DNA of 64,000 nt from Candidatus Saccharimonadales bacterium (GCA_041910055.1 JAYRRP010000003.1:173973-237972); one strand, 5' to 3'. Counted from the first letter of the stretch, positions 46,121 to 54,289 are shown. Notes: a model not told the origin generated them from the letters alone. Made by a program: numbers and translations.

Positions 46121-46972
46121 CTAAGTTCTTCGCGCGTGACGGGGAGTGTAACCCTTTGATGCCCTCTGGTGTTGGCGACTTCTTTTCTTTTGCTCATGTT
46201 GTTCAGAGAGTTCGGTAAGCCTATCCTGCAAATCTTGTTGACGCAGATTATGCTCATGTGCCTTGTGACGATGGCGCACCATTCTTTTACCCATGCGCAA
46301 TCCTGTTGTGTCTCTTCCACGTAGAGCCTTAAGATTCCGCTCCTCTTTTCTGTCTAAAACCCTTTGGTGTCGCATGTTACTGATGGCGCCCTGTCTCTCA
46401 CTTCTTCGCTCAGCTCTAGTGTATCGTCCTGTACGTATCCTATCCCAATGATCATCACTACCAACATCGTCCCCGTGTACATATCCGAGACGCCATTGCT
46501 TATATGATCTTTTTACAGCGCGCGCATTTCTTCGCGAAGTTTTGTATGCAATCCTTCTCTCTTGGTGGGTAGCAAGAACATAGGCAGGGTCTCTGGGATT
46601 GCTAGGCCTTTCTTTTACCTTTGCAAGCTGTACTTTTACTATATGTTTACGTTCTTTCCTTGTCTCAAATAATTCACGTGCGTCAGCGTCATGATCAGCG
46701 GCCGCTCTCTCATGATGCCTGATACGCAATTTTGTAACTAATTTTCGCAAGCCAGTAAGTGCGGGTGAGGAAGGCTCAATTGCTCTGTGTTGAGGAGTAT
46801 AATCTTCAGGAGTTGAGGGAGGAGCGACTGTTGCCGCTATTTCTTCCAGTCCTAACGCGGGATCAATTGCAGGAGTGGGTAGCCCGCTATTTTCCTCCTG
46901 ATATTTCTCAGGAACTGGAGGTGTATTCGGGGGAAGCGGAAATGATTCTGGAGTGTTTGTGTTTTCTGACAT
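46121..46972 (-). CDS. Highly basic (Arg/Lys/His-rich) soluble hypothetical protein with an acidic/Pro-rich N-terminus
   Basis: The protein is 283 aa with no hydrophobic segment. The C-terminal 200 aa are dominated by R/K/H/Q/E (for example RHRHKAHEHNLRQQ, KKRSRQHQRASKGYTPRHARRT). It sits between the VirB6-like and PrgI-like genes. Confidence 0.5.
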   Translation of the reverse strand: MSENTNTPESFPLPPNTPPVPEKYQEENSGLPTPAIDPALGLEEIAATVAPPSTPEDYTPQHRAIEPSSPALTGLRKLVTKLRIRHHERAAADHDADARELFETRKERKHIVKVQLAKVKERPSNPRDPAYVLATHQERRIAYKTSRRNARAVKRSYKQWRLGYVHGDDVGSDDHWDRIRTGRYTRAERRSERQGAISNMRHQRVLDRKEERNLKALRGRDTTGLRMGKRMVRHRHKAHEHNLRQQDLQDRLTELSEQHEQKKRSRQHQRASKGYTPRHARRT

Positions 46973-47036
46973 TATTATTAAACACTAGCATAATATATGT
47001 AAAACGTCAATTTTTATGTTTAGTATTGTTTTTGGT

Positions 47037-50000
47037 TTATTTTTTGCAGTGGCGGGCTAGGTTATTTTCTTTCCATTTCTCTAATGTGACCATCTGTATA
47101 CCTAGAATGTCGTAGTCCACTTCATAGAAACCGGTTTCATTAACATATACTGCGTGTGGGTGGGTAAGCAGGAGTTCTTGGGCAATCACTCCCACATATA
47201 TTTGGTCGCTCCACAGGTATTGGAAGCTATATAGATTAATGTTGTAAATATAATCAATACGTGTAATATTGCGCTTAAGTCGTCGATCAGATGGAGTGAT
47301 GGATGGCCCTGGTGGTCCTGCTGCAGGACCACCGCCAGCGGGTGGAGTTGGGGGGGCTCCACCACCCACGCTTCCACTAGTAGATTGTTGGGCACTAAGC
47401 TCACGTCGCATGTCCAGGTATGCTTGATTGTTTGGACCATATCGCCGACTTTCCATTACTTCTCGCAGTGTCGCTCCAGCAATACCAGGAGGTAGTGCTG
47501 TAGGTGGCAGAGACAGTAACTCATCTGCAAGTATGTCTGCCTTGTTGGGGGAAGTAGCCGCCATAGTATCGTAAAGATTTGCCACTCGAGCCAATTCTCT
47601 GTCGTAAGCGGCCCCTCCCTGGCTGGCTGCCTGAGTAAGTCTGTCCCGCATTTCGGGTATAAGTGCTCTAACTGCTGCAGGCTTCATACTTGCGTGTGCT
47701 ATAGTGCCTGCCGCCTGTGAGTTGACAACGTCTCTGGAAACATCAACTGTTGCAGCTCTTGCATCATAGGCAGGACCTGCGGGCGTTCTGCCTGTTTGCA
47801 GGTTTTCCATAGCGGTGGCCATAGTTGCAAAACCAGCTCCACCAAGGTCGACTCTACCAGATCCCATTGCCCCACCTCGCATTTCCGCGAGCATTCTGCC
47901 AGCTACGCTTCTATCTCCTCCAGATGCGGCATTAATGGCCTCAAGCATTTCACCTGAATCTGAGAAACCCGTACCAGTAGCTGCCTGCGCTCTCGTGGCA
48001 GCAACACGAGCAACAGAATCACTCGTTTCTCTTTTGGCTCTCATCACTTCACCAACAGCTTCATCTAATACTCGTGGGTCACTAAATCTTTGGGGCGCTC
48101 TTCTTTGCAGTACTGATCGTATACTTGCCTCGTCTGTGCCAGTCATCAGTGCCCAGAGCTTATCATCGTCACCCTTTATTGCTCCAAATGATGCGCTTTC
48201 TTCCATATATTTACTCGCTAAATCGAAATCTGCTGACCCTCTTGCAGTGGCCATATTCCTGCGCCACTTGCTTGGCCGGAGGCCAGCCTTAGGTACTAGT
48301 GTAGCACCCATTAGAAATGAACTAGCCCCTCTAGATACTGCATTGTTGCCCTTAAATCTGTTGCCAGCTTTCGTATCTTGCCAATTTTGGGCGGTTTGTT
48401 GCTTTCTGAAGCCCTTGAGGCGGTCGAAGGCGCCGCGCGAGCGGTCGTTTACGATGCCACCAATTTGCCCAACCGCACCGCCAGCCAGGCGGAAGGCAAA
48501 CGGCAAAGCAAAGTAAGGCCCAAAATATGCAGCAAACGCAATAAGTGAAGCCAGCGTATCGTGGAGCGTTGAATCACTCCCGGGTACAGTAGTAGAATAT
48601 GATGCTACTTTTGCAAAGGCATGTCCCGTTGCAATAAATGCTGAGATTATAGGAAAGGCGACCAAAGCTCGCCAAAAGAAATCCCACCACATTTTCCAAA
48701 CTCGTTCTGTATTGGGCAGTATGTAACAGGCTATGGCAATGGGAGCAACTATCACCAGCATCAGAATTAATAGTTGCCGAGCTGTTAGTACCAGAAATGC
48801 TATGAGTACCGCAAGTATGGCTGTTCCCATGAGGCTGAGTATTCCCAGGAAACCAAGTGATAATCCCGCTGCACCAACAGCAACGGTTCCTATCGTCAGT
48901 GCGCCATTATTAAATGTTACCCCATTACTAAAATTAGCATCAAATAACCTCTCAATTAATTCTCTAATACCTACTCCTGCCACATTTGAGAATTCAATCA
49001 TTATACGCAAGATTGGTAGTGAAATTGAGATAAATATCACCGCAAATACAAGACGAGGCATCACCTTTTTGATCGTATAAGCATCAAATGGTCCCCAGCT
49101 GACAGCTTGCGAAATAACCATTACAAGACCGGCAATTACCAGTAAGCCAAGCGAAAGGTTGCGCATACTTCCCCACGCATTCCCGAGACTGTTGTTACTA
49201 TTGTCGAAATAGTCCGAAGTAGGGAACGTCAACATATAGGTAATGAGATTATCTAGTTGTCTAACTGCGCTTTCCGCTAAGTGTAACAGCGGACACATGA
49301 ACCACTTAAGTGGATTCCAAGAGACAGCATCACAATCTATACCAGTTTTGCTATCACTGCTGCCGTTAGTGCTCCCTGTATCCTTGCCCGGCCCAAACTG
49401 TTCTGCCTTTTTAGCGACGCAAGCCTTTAGTGCTTCTTCGGTAAGGTCTTCGTTCGGATGCTCGTTAATACAATCATCCTCGTATTCCAACATATTTGCT
49501 GCATCTTGGGAATAAATATGCAACCGGAGTGCTTCGTTTACGATATTTCCACAAGAAACTTGTCCATCATCTCCTCCATCAAAGTCATAATCATGCCCGA
49601 CCGGAACTCTCTGTGCTGCTCCACCGTCATCATAGACAAATTTCCTACCATCTATCTCAAAACCGCCTGCGCTTGGATTCTTGTCTCCCTCTACTGCGCA
49701 CATATTAGTCAGGTTCCACCTTATACGCCTAATCATTTCTGAATACGTTAAAGGCATGCGCTCCGTAACGAAATCTTCAGCTTTGTTTCTTACTTCATCT
49801 ACTTTTTCATTTATAAGAATCCAGTCTGAGCCGCTTTTTGTATAAAGTTCTTCTGTTTTAAACCCTAAGTATGATTCTACGGAACCGAGTTGATCGCATC
49901 GAACTATGCCATTTGAATAGCCTAAATCGTTCCCAATAGGTACTTCGCGGTGTGTGCCAAGTACGAACCCAGAATCATTCCATGCGGTTGCAAAAGTCGG

Positions 50001-50234
50001 AGCGTCAGTAAGTGATGGGGTTGTAGCTACTCTATTTCTTATGCCTATGTCTAAACAGTTTATGAACGCTCTTACTTCACGTCGTTTCTTCTGCTCTTCT
50101 TCAGAAATGCGTTGAGCGGCATCAGCCTCTACTTTTCCGGTATTTATTATCAAAAAAGAAAAAGTGTGTATACCTACAGAAACGGCGAACAATAACAGGA
50201 TACCTAATAAGGAAGTTTTAGTTTTTGCTTTCAT
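47037..50234 (-). CDS. VirB6/TrbL-like polytopic T4SS protein with large N-terminal ectodomain, Ala/Gly-rich C-terminal region and terminal peptidase-S74 intramolecular-chaperone (tail-fibre autoprocessing) domain
   Basis: There is an N-terminal signal/anchor. A TM cluster covers about nt 48435-49187 and includes a TrbL/VirB6-like segment (LTARQLLILMLVIVAPIAIACYILPNTERVWKMWWDFFWRALVAFP). The C-terminal 84 aa, SDRRLKRNITRI...VGVIAQELLLTHPHAV...EVDYDILG, match the S74 signature (SDxRLKxNI ... G.IAQE ... VDY). Confidence 0.7.
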   Translation of the reverse strand: MKAKTKTSLLGILLLFAVSVGIHTFSFLIINTGKVEADAAQRISEEEQKKRREVRAFINCLDIGIRNRVATTPSLTDAPTFATAWNDSGFVLGTHREVPIGNDLGYSNGIVRCDQLGSVESYLGFKTEELYTKSGSDWILINEKVDEVRNKAEDFVTERMPLTYSEMIRRIRWNLTNMCAVEGDKNPSAGGFEIDGRKFVYDDGGAAQRVPVGHDYDFDGGDDGQVSCGNIVNEALRLHIYSQDAANMLEYEDDCINEHPNEDLTEEALKACVAKKAEQFGPGKDTGSTNGSSDSKTGIDCDAVSWNPLKWFMCPLLHLAESAVRQLDNLITYMLTFPTSDYFDNSNNSLGNAWGSMRNLSLGLLVIAGLVMVISQAVSWGPFDAYTIKKVMPRLVFAVIFISISLPILRIMIEFSNVAGVGIRELIERLFDANFSNGVTFNNGALTIGTVAVGAAGLSLGFLGILSLMGTAILAVLIAFLVLTARQLLILMLVIVAPIAIACYILPNTERVWKMWWDFFWRALVAFPIISAFIATGHAFAKVASYSTTVPGSDSTLHDTLASLIAFAAYFGPYFALPFAFRLAGGAVGQIGGIVNDRSRGAFDRLKGFRKQQTAQNWQDTKAGNRFKGNNAVSRGASSFLMGATLVPKAGLRPSKWRRNMATARGSADFDLASKYMEESASFGAIKGDDDKLWALMTGTDEASIRSVLQRRAPQRFSDPRVLDEAVGEVMRAKRETSDSVARVAATRAQAATGTGFSDSGEMLEAINAASGGDRSVAGRMLAEMRGGAMGSGRVDLGGAGFATMATAMENLQTGRTPAGPAYDARAATVDVSRDVVNSQAAGTIAHASMKPAAVRALIPEMRDRLTQAASQGGAAYDRELARVANLYDTMAATSPNKADILADELLSLPPTALPPGIAGATLREVMESRRYGPNNQAYLDMRRELSAQQSTSGSVGGGAPPTPPAGGGPAAGPPGPSITPSDRRLKRNITRIDYIYNINLYSFQYLWSDQIYVGVIAQELLLTHPHAVYVNETGFYEVDYDILGIQMVTLEKWKENNLARHCKK

Positions 50235-50317
50235 GAATTTAATGCATAAGAACTATAGGGTGCATTATAGACTACTATTCCAAAGAAAAGAATAGAACAG
50301 GCTTTCACGCTACCAGC

Positions 50318-50346
50318 TTGCCGTAATCGCCAAATAACGCTATAGT
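50318..50346 (+). promoter_or_regulatory. Putative sigma70-type promoter of the pilin array (TTGCCG-17 nt-TATAGT)
   Basis: TTGCCG lies at 50318-50323 and TATAGT at 50341-50346, with a 17-nt spacer. It sits 32 nt upstream of the first pilin ATG, in the divergent intergenic region. Confidence 0.35.
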
Positions 50347-50377
50347 TTAAATATCTAAAGCTTGTTTTGCTAGAAAC

Positions 50378-50860
50378 ATGAAACAAAAAATAACACTGAA
50401 CATTCGTTTGCTAGGAGTAATTCTTGTCAGTGCATTTGTAGCTACAATGTTACTCATTCCTGGTAGCGCACAGGCCCACTCTAACTATTTAGTTCCACCA
50501 CGAATTGTTGCCCAAGCCTCTACCCCTGATCAGCAAGCGCAGCAGGATCCAGAGAAAACACCCGTAAAAGAATTGCCAAGATCTGAGGGTTCAAGGGAGT
50601 GTAATAAAGACGTCGCAGGAGAGTGTGTTTCCAAAATGTTTGACTACATCAATTATGCTATTGCTGCCATAGCGGCACTTACGGGGGTAGTGATAATAAT
50701 TGCAATCATTGCAGCTGGGATCGAGTATGCTTCTGCCGGGGGGGACCCGCAAAAGGTAGCCAGCGCCAAAAATCGCATCCGAAACGCAATTATCGGATTA
50801 ATTGCCTTTGGGCTATTGTTTGGATTCTTAAGTTGGCTCGTGCCTGGAGGGATAGGCTAA
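50378..50860 (+). CDS. VirB2/TrbC-like T4SS pilin paralog 1
   Basis: It has a signal peptide (LLGVILVSAFVATMLLIPGSAQA), a Cys pair (CNKDVAGEC), then two hydrophobic helices flanking the loop GIEYASAGGDPQKVASAKNRI. Confidence 0.7.
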   Translation: MKQKITLNIRLLGVILVSAFVATMLLIPGSAQAHSNYLVPPRIVAQASTPDQQAQQDPEKTPVKELPRSEGSRECNKDVAGECVSKMFDYINYAIAAIAALTGVVIIIAIIAAGIEYASAGGDPQKVASAKNRIRNAIIGLIAFGLLFGFLSWLVPGGIG

Positions 50861-50861
50861 G

Positions 50862-51236
50862 ATGCTCCAATATCTTCATTTATTTGCGGCAGCATGTAAT
50901 AGCAAAAATTTCTTAGGTATTTTACCCACTTGGTATAAATATCTGCCAACCTCACCAGGTAACGGGCTAGAATGTAATGTGAACTTTGACCCTAGGCAAG
51001 CTGACCAGTGGGGTTTCATAGCCTTAGCATTTGTGGATATTTTGGTACGCGTAGCCGGAATAGTCGCCTTGGGTTTTATCATATATGGCGGTATACGATA
51101 TATCACTAGCCAGGGAGAACCGGATGCGACCCGTGAGGCGCAGCATACAGTTACAAATGCAGTGATTGGCCTTGTCATTGCCATAATCGGCGCTACCGTT
51201 ATAGCGTTCATTGGCAAAACCTTGGGAGGGTCATAA
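50862..51236 (+). CDS. VirB2/TrbC-like T4SS pilin paralog 2
   Basis: Two hydrophobic helices flank GGIRYITSQGEPDATREAQHTV. The gene starts 2 nt after paralog 1. Confidence 0.65.
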   Translation: MLQYLHLFAAACNSKNFLGILPTWYKYLPTSPGNGLECNVNFDPRQADQWGFIALAFVDILVRVAGIVALGFIIYGGIRYITSQGEPDATREAQHTVTNAVIGLVIAIIGATVIAFIGKTLGGS

Positions 51237-51239
51237 ATC

Positions 51240-51521
51240 ATGCTACCTGCCATGTTTACAATTATTTCCCAGATATCTACCGCACCATTGCCGAAAGTTG
51301 ACGACAGTACGACGGTTACGGTGTTACTTCAACTAACTTTTGGTATTGCGGGTGCGCTAACAGTGTTGTTTCTTGTGTGGGGCGGCTTTAAGTATGTGAC
51401 CAGCCAGGGCGAGCCAGATCGGATTGCCAAAGCCAAAGATACAATATTATATTCGGTTATTGGGCTGGTAGTTACCATTGCATCATATGGAATAGTAGCG
51501 TACGTGACGAGGTGGCTATGA
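51240..51521 (+). CDS. VirB2/TrbC-like T4SS pilin paralog 3 (shortest, 93 aa)
   Basis: Two hydrophobic helices flank GGFKYVTSQGEPDRIAKAKDTI. Confidence 0.65.
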   Translation: MLPAMFTIISQISTAPLPKVDDSTTVTVLLQLTFGIAGALTVLFLVWGGFKYVTSQGEPDRIAKAKDTILYSVIGLVVTIASYGIVAYVTRWL

Positions 51522-51898
51522 GACATAGAGCAATAGTTGCATCAGTAATTGTACTTTTGAGCATGAGCGTGGTGACATTTGCGCTGGTGCCGACAGCAAG
51601 AGCTTTTTCACCAGTCAAAACTGCTTGCCCAGCGGAATCAGCGGGCTGCCCAGCAAATCCATCCAACCCTTTTTATGGCCCTAATGGGCTTATTACCAAG
51701 CTTACCACTGTAGTAGCAATTTTTACTGGAGTGGCGGCGGTGTTTGTGCTGGTAATTGCCGGTATATCATTTATGACCTCTGGCGGTGAACCGAATAAAA
51801 TTGCCACGGCACGACGCATGGTGCTCTACGCAATAGTCGGTATTGTCGTCGCAGTACTAGCGCAAGGTATCGCAAGTTTTGTATTATCTAAGCTATGA
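51512..51898 (+). CDS. VirB2/TrbC-like T4SS pilin paralog 4
   Basis: It has a signal peptide, a Cys pair (CPAESAGC), and helices flanking GISFMTSGGEPNKIATARRMV. It overlaps paralog 3 by 10 nt. Confidence 0.65.
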   Translation: MAMRHRAIVASVIVLLSMSVVTFALVPTARAFSPVKTACPAESAGCPANPSNPFYGPNGLITKLTTVVAIFTGVAAVFVLVIAGISFMTSGGEPNKIATARRMVLYAIVGIVVAVLAQGIASFVLSKL

Positions 51899-52299
51899 GC
51901 AACAAAATAAAACAATTTAACAGATTTTTGGTAGCTGGCTTATTGGTAAGCGTGTTCTTCAGTAGCTTTGCATTAGCTACCCCCCAACATTCTTATGCAC
52001 AAGACGCAAAAAATGCCGCCTGTGAGGGGGCGCAGCTAACAAATTGCAATGTGCAAAATGGCGGTCTGACTGTAGACAAGGTGCTGAGGTTTGCCTTGAA
52101 CACCCTCAGCATTGCTGCCGGCATCGTCGCGGTAGTGATGATTATTGTCGGTGGATTTAAGTATATGACTTCGCAAGGAGACGCCAACCAAACGGCAGCG
52201 GCCAAGAACACCATATTATATGCTGTGGTTGGCGTTATAATTGCGGTACTGGCGCAGGTGATTGTGCATTTCGTGCTCAGCCGAGTCAATAAAACGTGA
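51895..52299 (+). CDS. VirB2/TrbC-like T4SS pilin paralog 5
   Basis: It has a signal peptide, a Cys pair (CEGAQLTNC), and helices flanking GGFKYMTSQGDANQTAAAKNTI. It has a 4-nt overlap with paralog 4. Confidence 0.65.
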   Translation: MSNKIKQFNRFLVAGLLVSVFFSSFALATPQHSYAQDAKNAACEGAQLTNCNVQNGGLTVDKVLRFALNTLSIAAGIVAVVMIIVGGFKYMTSQGDANQTAAAKNTILYAVVGVIIAVLAQVIVHFVLSRVNKT

Positions 52300-52368
52300 C
52301 CCCTTCTTGAATAAATATAAGCATATATGGTATAACCAAAAGCAAGATAAGAAAGGCCAAAAATAATT

Positions 52369-52779
52369 ATGATCAAGAAAATCAAGACACTATTGCTTAC
52401 CGCCAGTTTAGTGGGAAGTGTGCTCGTACCGGCTGTGGTGCCTATAGCGGCGCACGCTCAAGAGCTGATTAGCCCCACCCGATGCGGTACTGATTTAACA
52501 GCTAACAACGTAAACTGTGAAGCCAATGATCCTACTTCTGAAGAGCGAGTCAACAACATTATTAAATTGGCGATTAATACTTTCTCTATCCTTGTCGGTA
52601 TCGTTTCGGTGGTCATGATAATTGTCGGCGGCCTGAAGTACATCACCTCTGGTGGTGAATCAGCCAACGTCACCAGTGCCAAGAATACGATTCTTTACGC
52701 GGTCATTGGTCTGGTTATTGTGGCGCTAGCCCAGATAATCGTGCGCTTTGTTCTATCTCGAACTGCCAGCGCCGGCTAG
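52369..52779 (+). CDS. VirB2/TrbC-like T4SS pilin paralog 6
   Basis: It has a signal peptide, a Cys pair (CGTDLTANNVNC), and helices flanking GGLKYITSGGESANVTSAKNTI. Confidence 0.65.
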   Translation: MIKKIKTLLLTASLVGSVLVPAVVPIAAHAQELISPTRCGTDLTANNVNCEANDPTSEERVNNIIKLAINTFSILVGIVSVVMIIVGGLKYITSGGESANVTSAKNTILYAVIGLVIVALAQIIVRFVLSRTASAG

Positions 52780-52879
52780 CCAAAATTAGTCCTTCGAACC
52801 TAGTCCGTAGCGTTTAGAAGTTTGCAGTAAGTGCAAGTGGATATAGGCAATTCCCAAATGAGGACTATAGACTAAGGAC

Positions 52880-53365
52880 TTACAGGACTTGGATTTTCTT
52901 GACTGTGTCTTGCTTGAGTTTCTTAAACGATACAGTTAGCACGCCATCTTTAAGGACGGCTTCAATCTCATCTTCTTTTACAGGTACCGGTAGGGCAATG
53001 CTGCGTGAAAACTCACCCCAATAGCATTCCTGAATAAAGTAGTTCTCTACATCATCTTCATTCCCGGCCGAAAGTGTGCCGCGGATACTTAGAGTGTTGT
53101 CAGCAATACTTACGTCAAGCTCGTTCTTATTCACTCCGGCGGTGCGAGCCTTGACTACCAGTTTTTCTTTCGTTTCGTATACATCTAGTGCCAACTGGCC
53201 AGGAACTGCTTCTTCCTCATCCCACTGCTCTTCGGCAGGTGTAGATGGTGTTTCGGCTTGTGGTGTCTCTTCTTGTGCGGCAGCTGGTGTGTCTTCTTCA
53301 CCCAAAAACGCAGCGGTCAGTTCATCTTCCATCAACAAATCTTCATCGCGATTTCGTCGCGCCAT
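52880..53365 (-). CDS. Hsp20/alpha-crystallin family small heat-shock protein
   Basis: The alpha-crystallin domain is LALDVYETKEKLVVKARTAGVNKNELDVSIADNTLSIRG...GEFSRSIALP...LKDGVLTVSF, preceded by an acidic N-terminal extension. Confidence 0.85.
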   Translation of the reverse strand: MARRNRDEDLLMEDELTAAFLGEEDTPAAAQEETPQAETPSTPAEEQWDEEEAVPGQLALDVYETKEKLVVKARTAGVNKNELDVSIADNTLSIRGTLSAGNEDDVENYFIQECYWGEFSRSIALPVPVKEDEIEAVLKDGVLTVSFKKLKQDTVKKIQVL

Positions 53366-53484
53366 AGTTGTTACCCTCCGCTTTAGTCATTAAACTTGCG
53401 TTTTTGTGTTATCAGCAGTATAGCTTAGGTTATAATAGCCAGCAACCGGTGGGGGTACATATTTACAACGGTAGTAATTACAAC

Positions 53485-54159
53485 ATGCTAGTGTTTGAAC
53501 CCTTTCTGAAATTGTTTGCCCCGTATTCCTGCTTGATTTGCGGACAGGAAGGAGTATTAGTATGCAAAGAGTGTCGGCCCGACTTGAGCCTCCCCTTGCC
53601 TTCGCGCTGCTACTGCTGTCAGGCGGCGAGCCAGGAGTTTGCCGTTTGTGAGCGATGTCGCCCTCAGAGCAAACTCCGTCACGTCTGGATTTACACAGAG
53701 TACACTGGGCAGGCAAAAGAGTTGGTGCGAGTGCTGAAATACCACTTTGCCCGTGATGCGGCCAAAATTATGGCTGAATGTATGGTTGAAACGCTACCGC
53801 ACTTCAAGCCAGAGGATGTACTGCTTGTTCCCGTTCCCACTGCTACCAGCCGTCGGCGGGCACGTGGCTTTGACCAGGCGCAGCTTCTTGCCAAACATAT
53901 TGCCCGTGCCACAGGCTGGCAATATATGGATGCACTAGGCCGCCGCGGGCAATCACGACAAGTAGGCAATAAACGAGACCAGCGGCTGAGGCAACTACAT
54001 TCTTCATTCTATCGACGCGCATCTATGCCAGCTGGGAAACATATTATCTTAGTGGATGATGTGGTGACGACAGGAGCGACAATTGAAACCGCGGCGCGAG
54101 TAATGAGGAGTGCCGGAGCGGCGACAGTTGATGCCGTACTGTTTGCCCAGGCTAATTGA
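53485..54159 (+). CDS. comF: ComF-family protein (ComFC-like phosphoribosyltransferase-fold competence protein)
   Basis: The start was moved to the ATG at 53485 (MLVFEPFLKLFAPYSCLICG). It has an N-terminal four-Cys zinc-finger pattern (CLIC...CKEC) and a PRT motif (IILVDDVVTTGATI). Confidence 0.75.
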   Translation: MLVFEPFLKLFAPYSCLICGQEGVLVCKECRPDLSLPLPSRCYCCQAASQEFAVCERCRPQSKLRHVWIYTEYTGQAKELVRVLKYHFARDAAKIMAECMVETLPHFKPEDVLLVPVPTATSRRRARGFDQAQLLAKHIARATGWQYMDALGRRGQSRQVGNKRDQRLRQLHSSFYRRASMPAGKHIILVDDVVTTGATIETAARVMRSAGAATVDAVLFAQAN

Positions 54160-54199
54160 GGCTATCCTTAGAAGTTAGGTATACTATTAGTTGGTATAG

Positions 54200-54289
54200 G
54201 GAGAGGTGTCCGAGTGGTTGAAGGAACTGGTCTTGAAAACCAGCGGGCCGGCAACGGTCTCGTGGGTTCGAATCCCACCCTCTCCGCCA
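54200..54289 (+). tRNA. tRNA-Ser (anticodon UGA), CCA encoded
   Basis: Hand-folded. The acceptor pairs GGAGAGG/CCTCTCC. The anticodon stem CTGGT/ACCAG carries the loop CTTGAAA. A long variable arm and a T arm GTGGG-TTCGAAT-CCCAC are present, followed by discriminator G and CCA. Confidence 0.9.

Noticed and set aside
46048-46320. A 90-aa minus-strand ORF overlapping the 3' end of the basic-protein gene in another frame
   Set aside because: It overlaps the longer ORF by 200 nt, has no RBS or motif, and is probably spurious. The reading frame of the basic protein cannot be proven without homologues.
47815-48516. A 233-aa plus-strand ORF antisense to the VirB6-like gene, and similar antisense ORFs at 48733-49080, 49243-49742 and 43865-44605
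   Set aside because: These Ala/Pro/Ser-rich sequences mirror the Ala/Gly-rich coding strand and have no recognisable domain. The sense-strand genes have strong family motifs.
35437-52779. Labelling the T4SS-like locus as an integrative conjugative element or plasmid remnant
   Set aside because: No relaxase, coupling protein, integrase, replication gene or flanking direct repeats are visible in or next to the locus within this window. The label would be unsupported, although components outside the window cannot be excluded.
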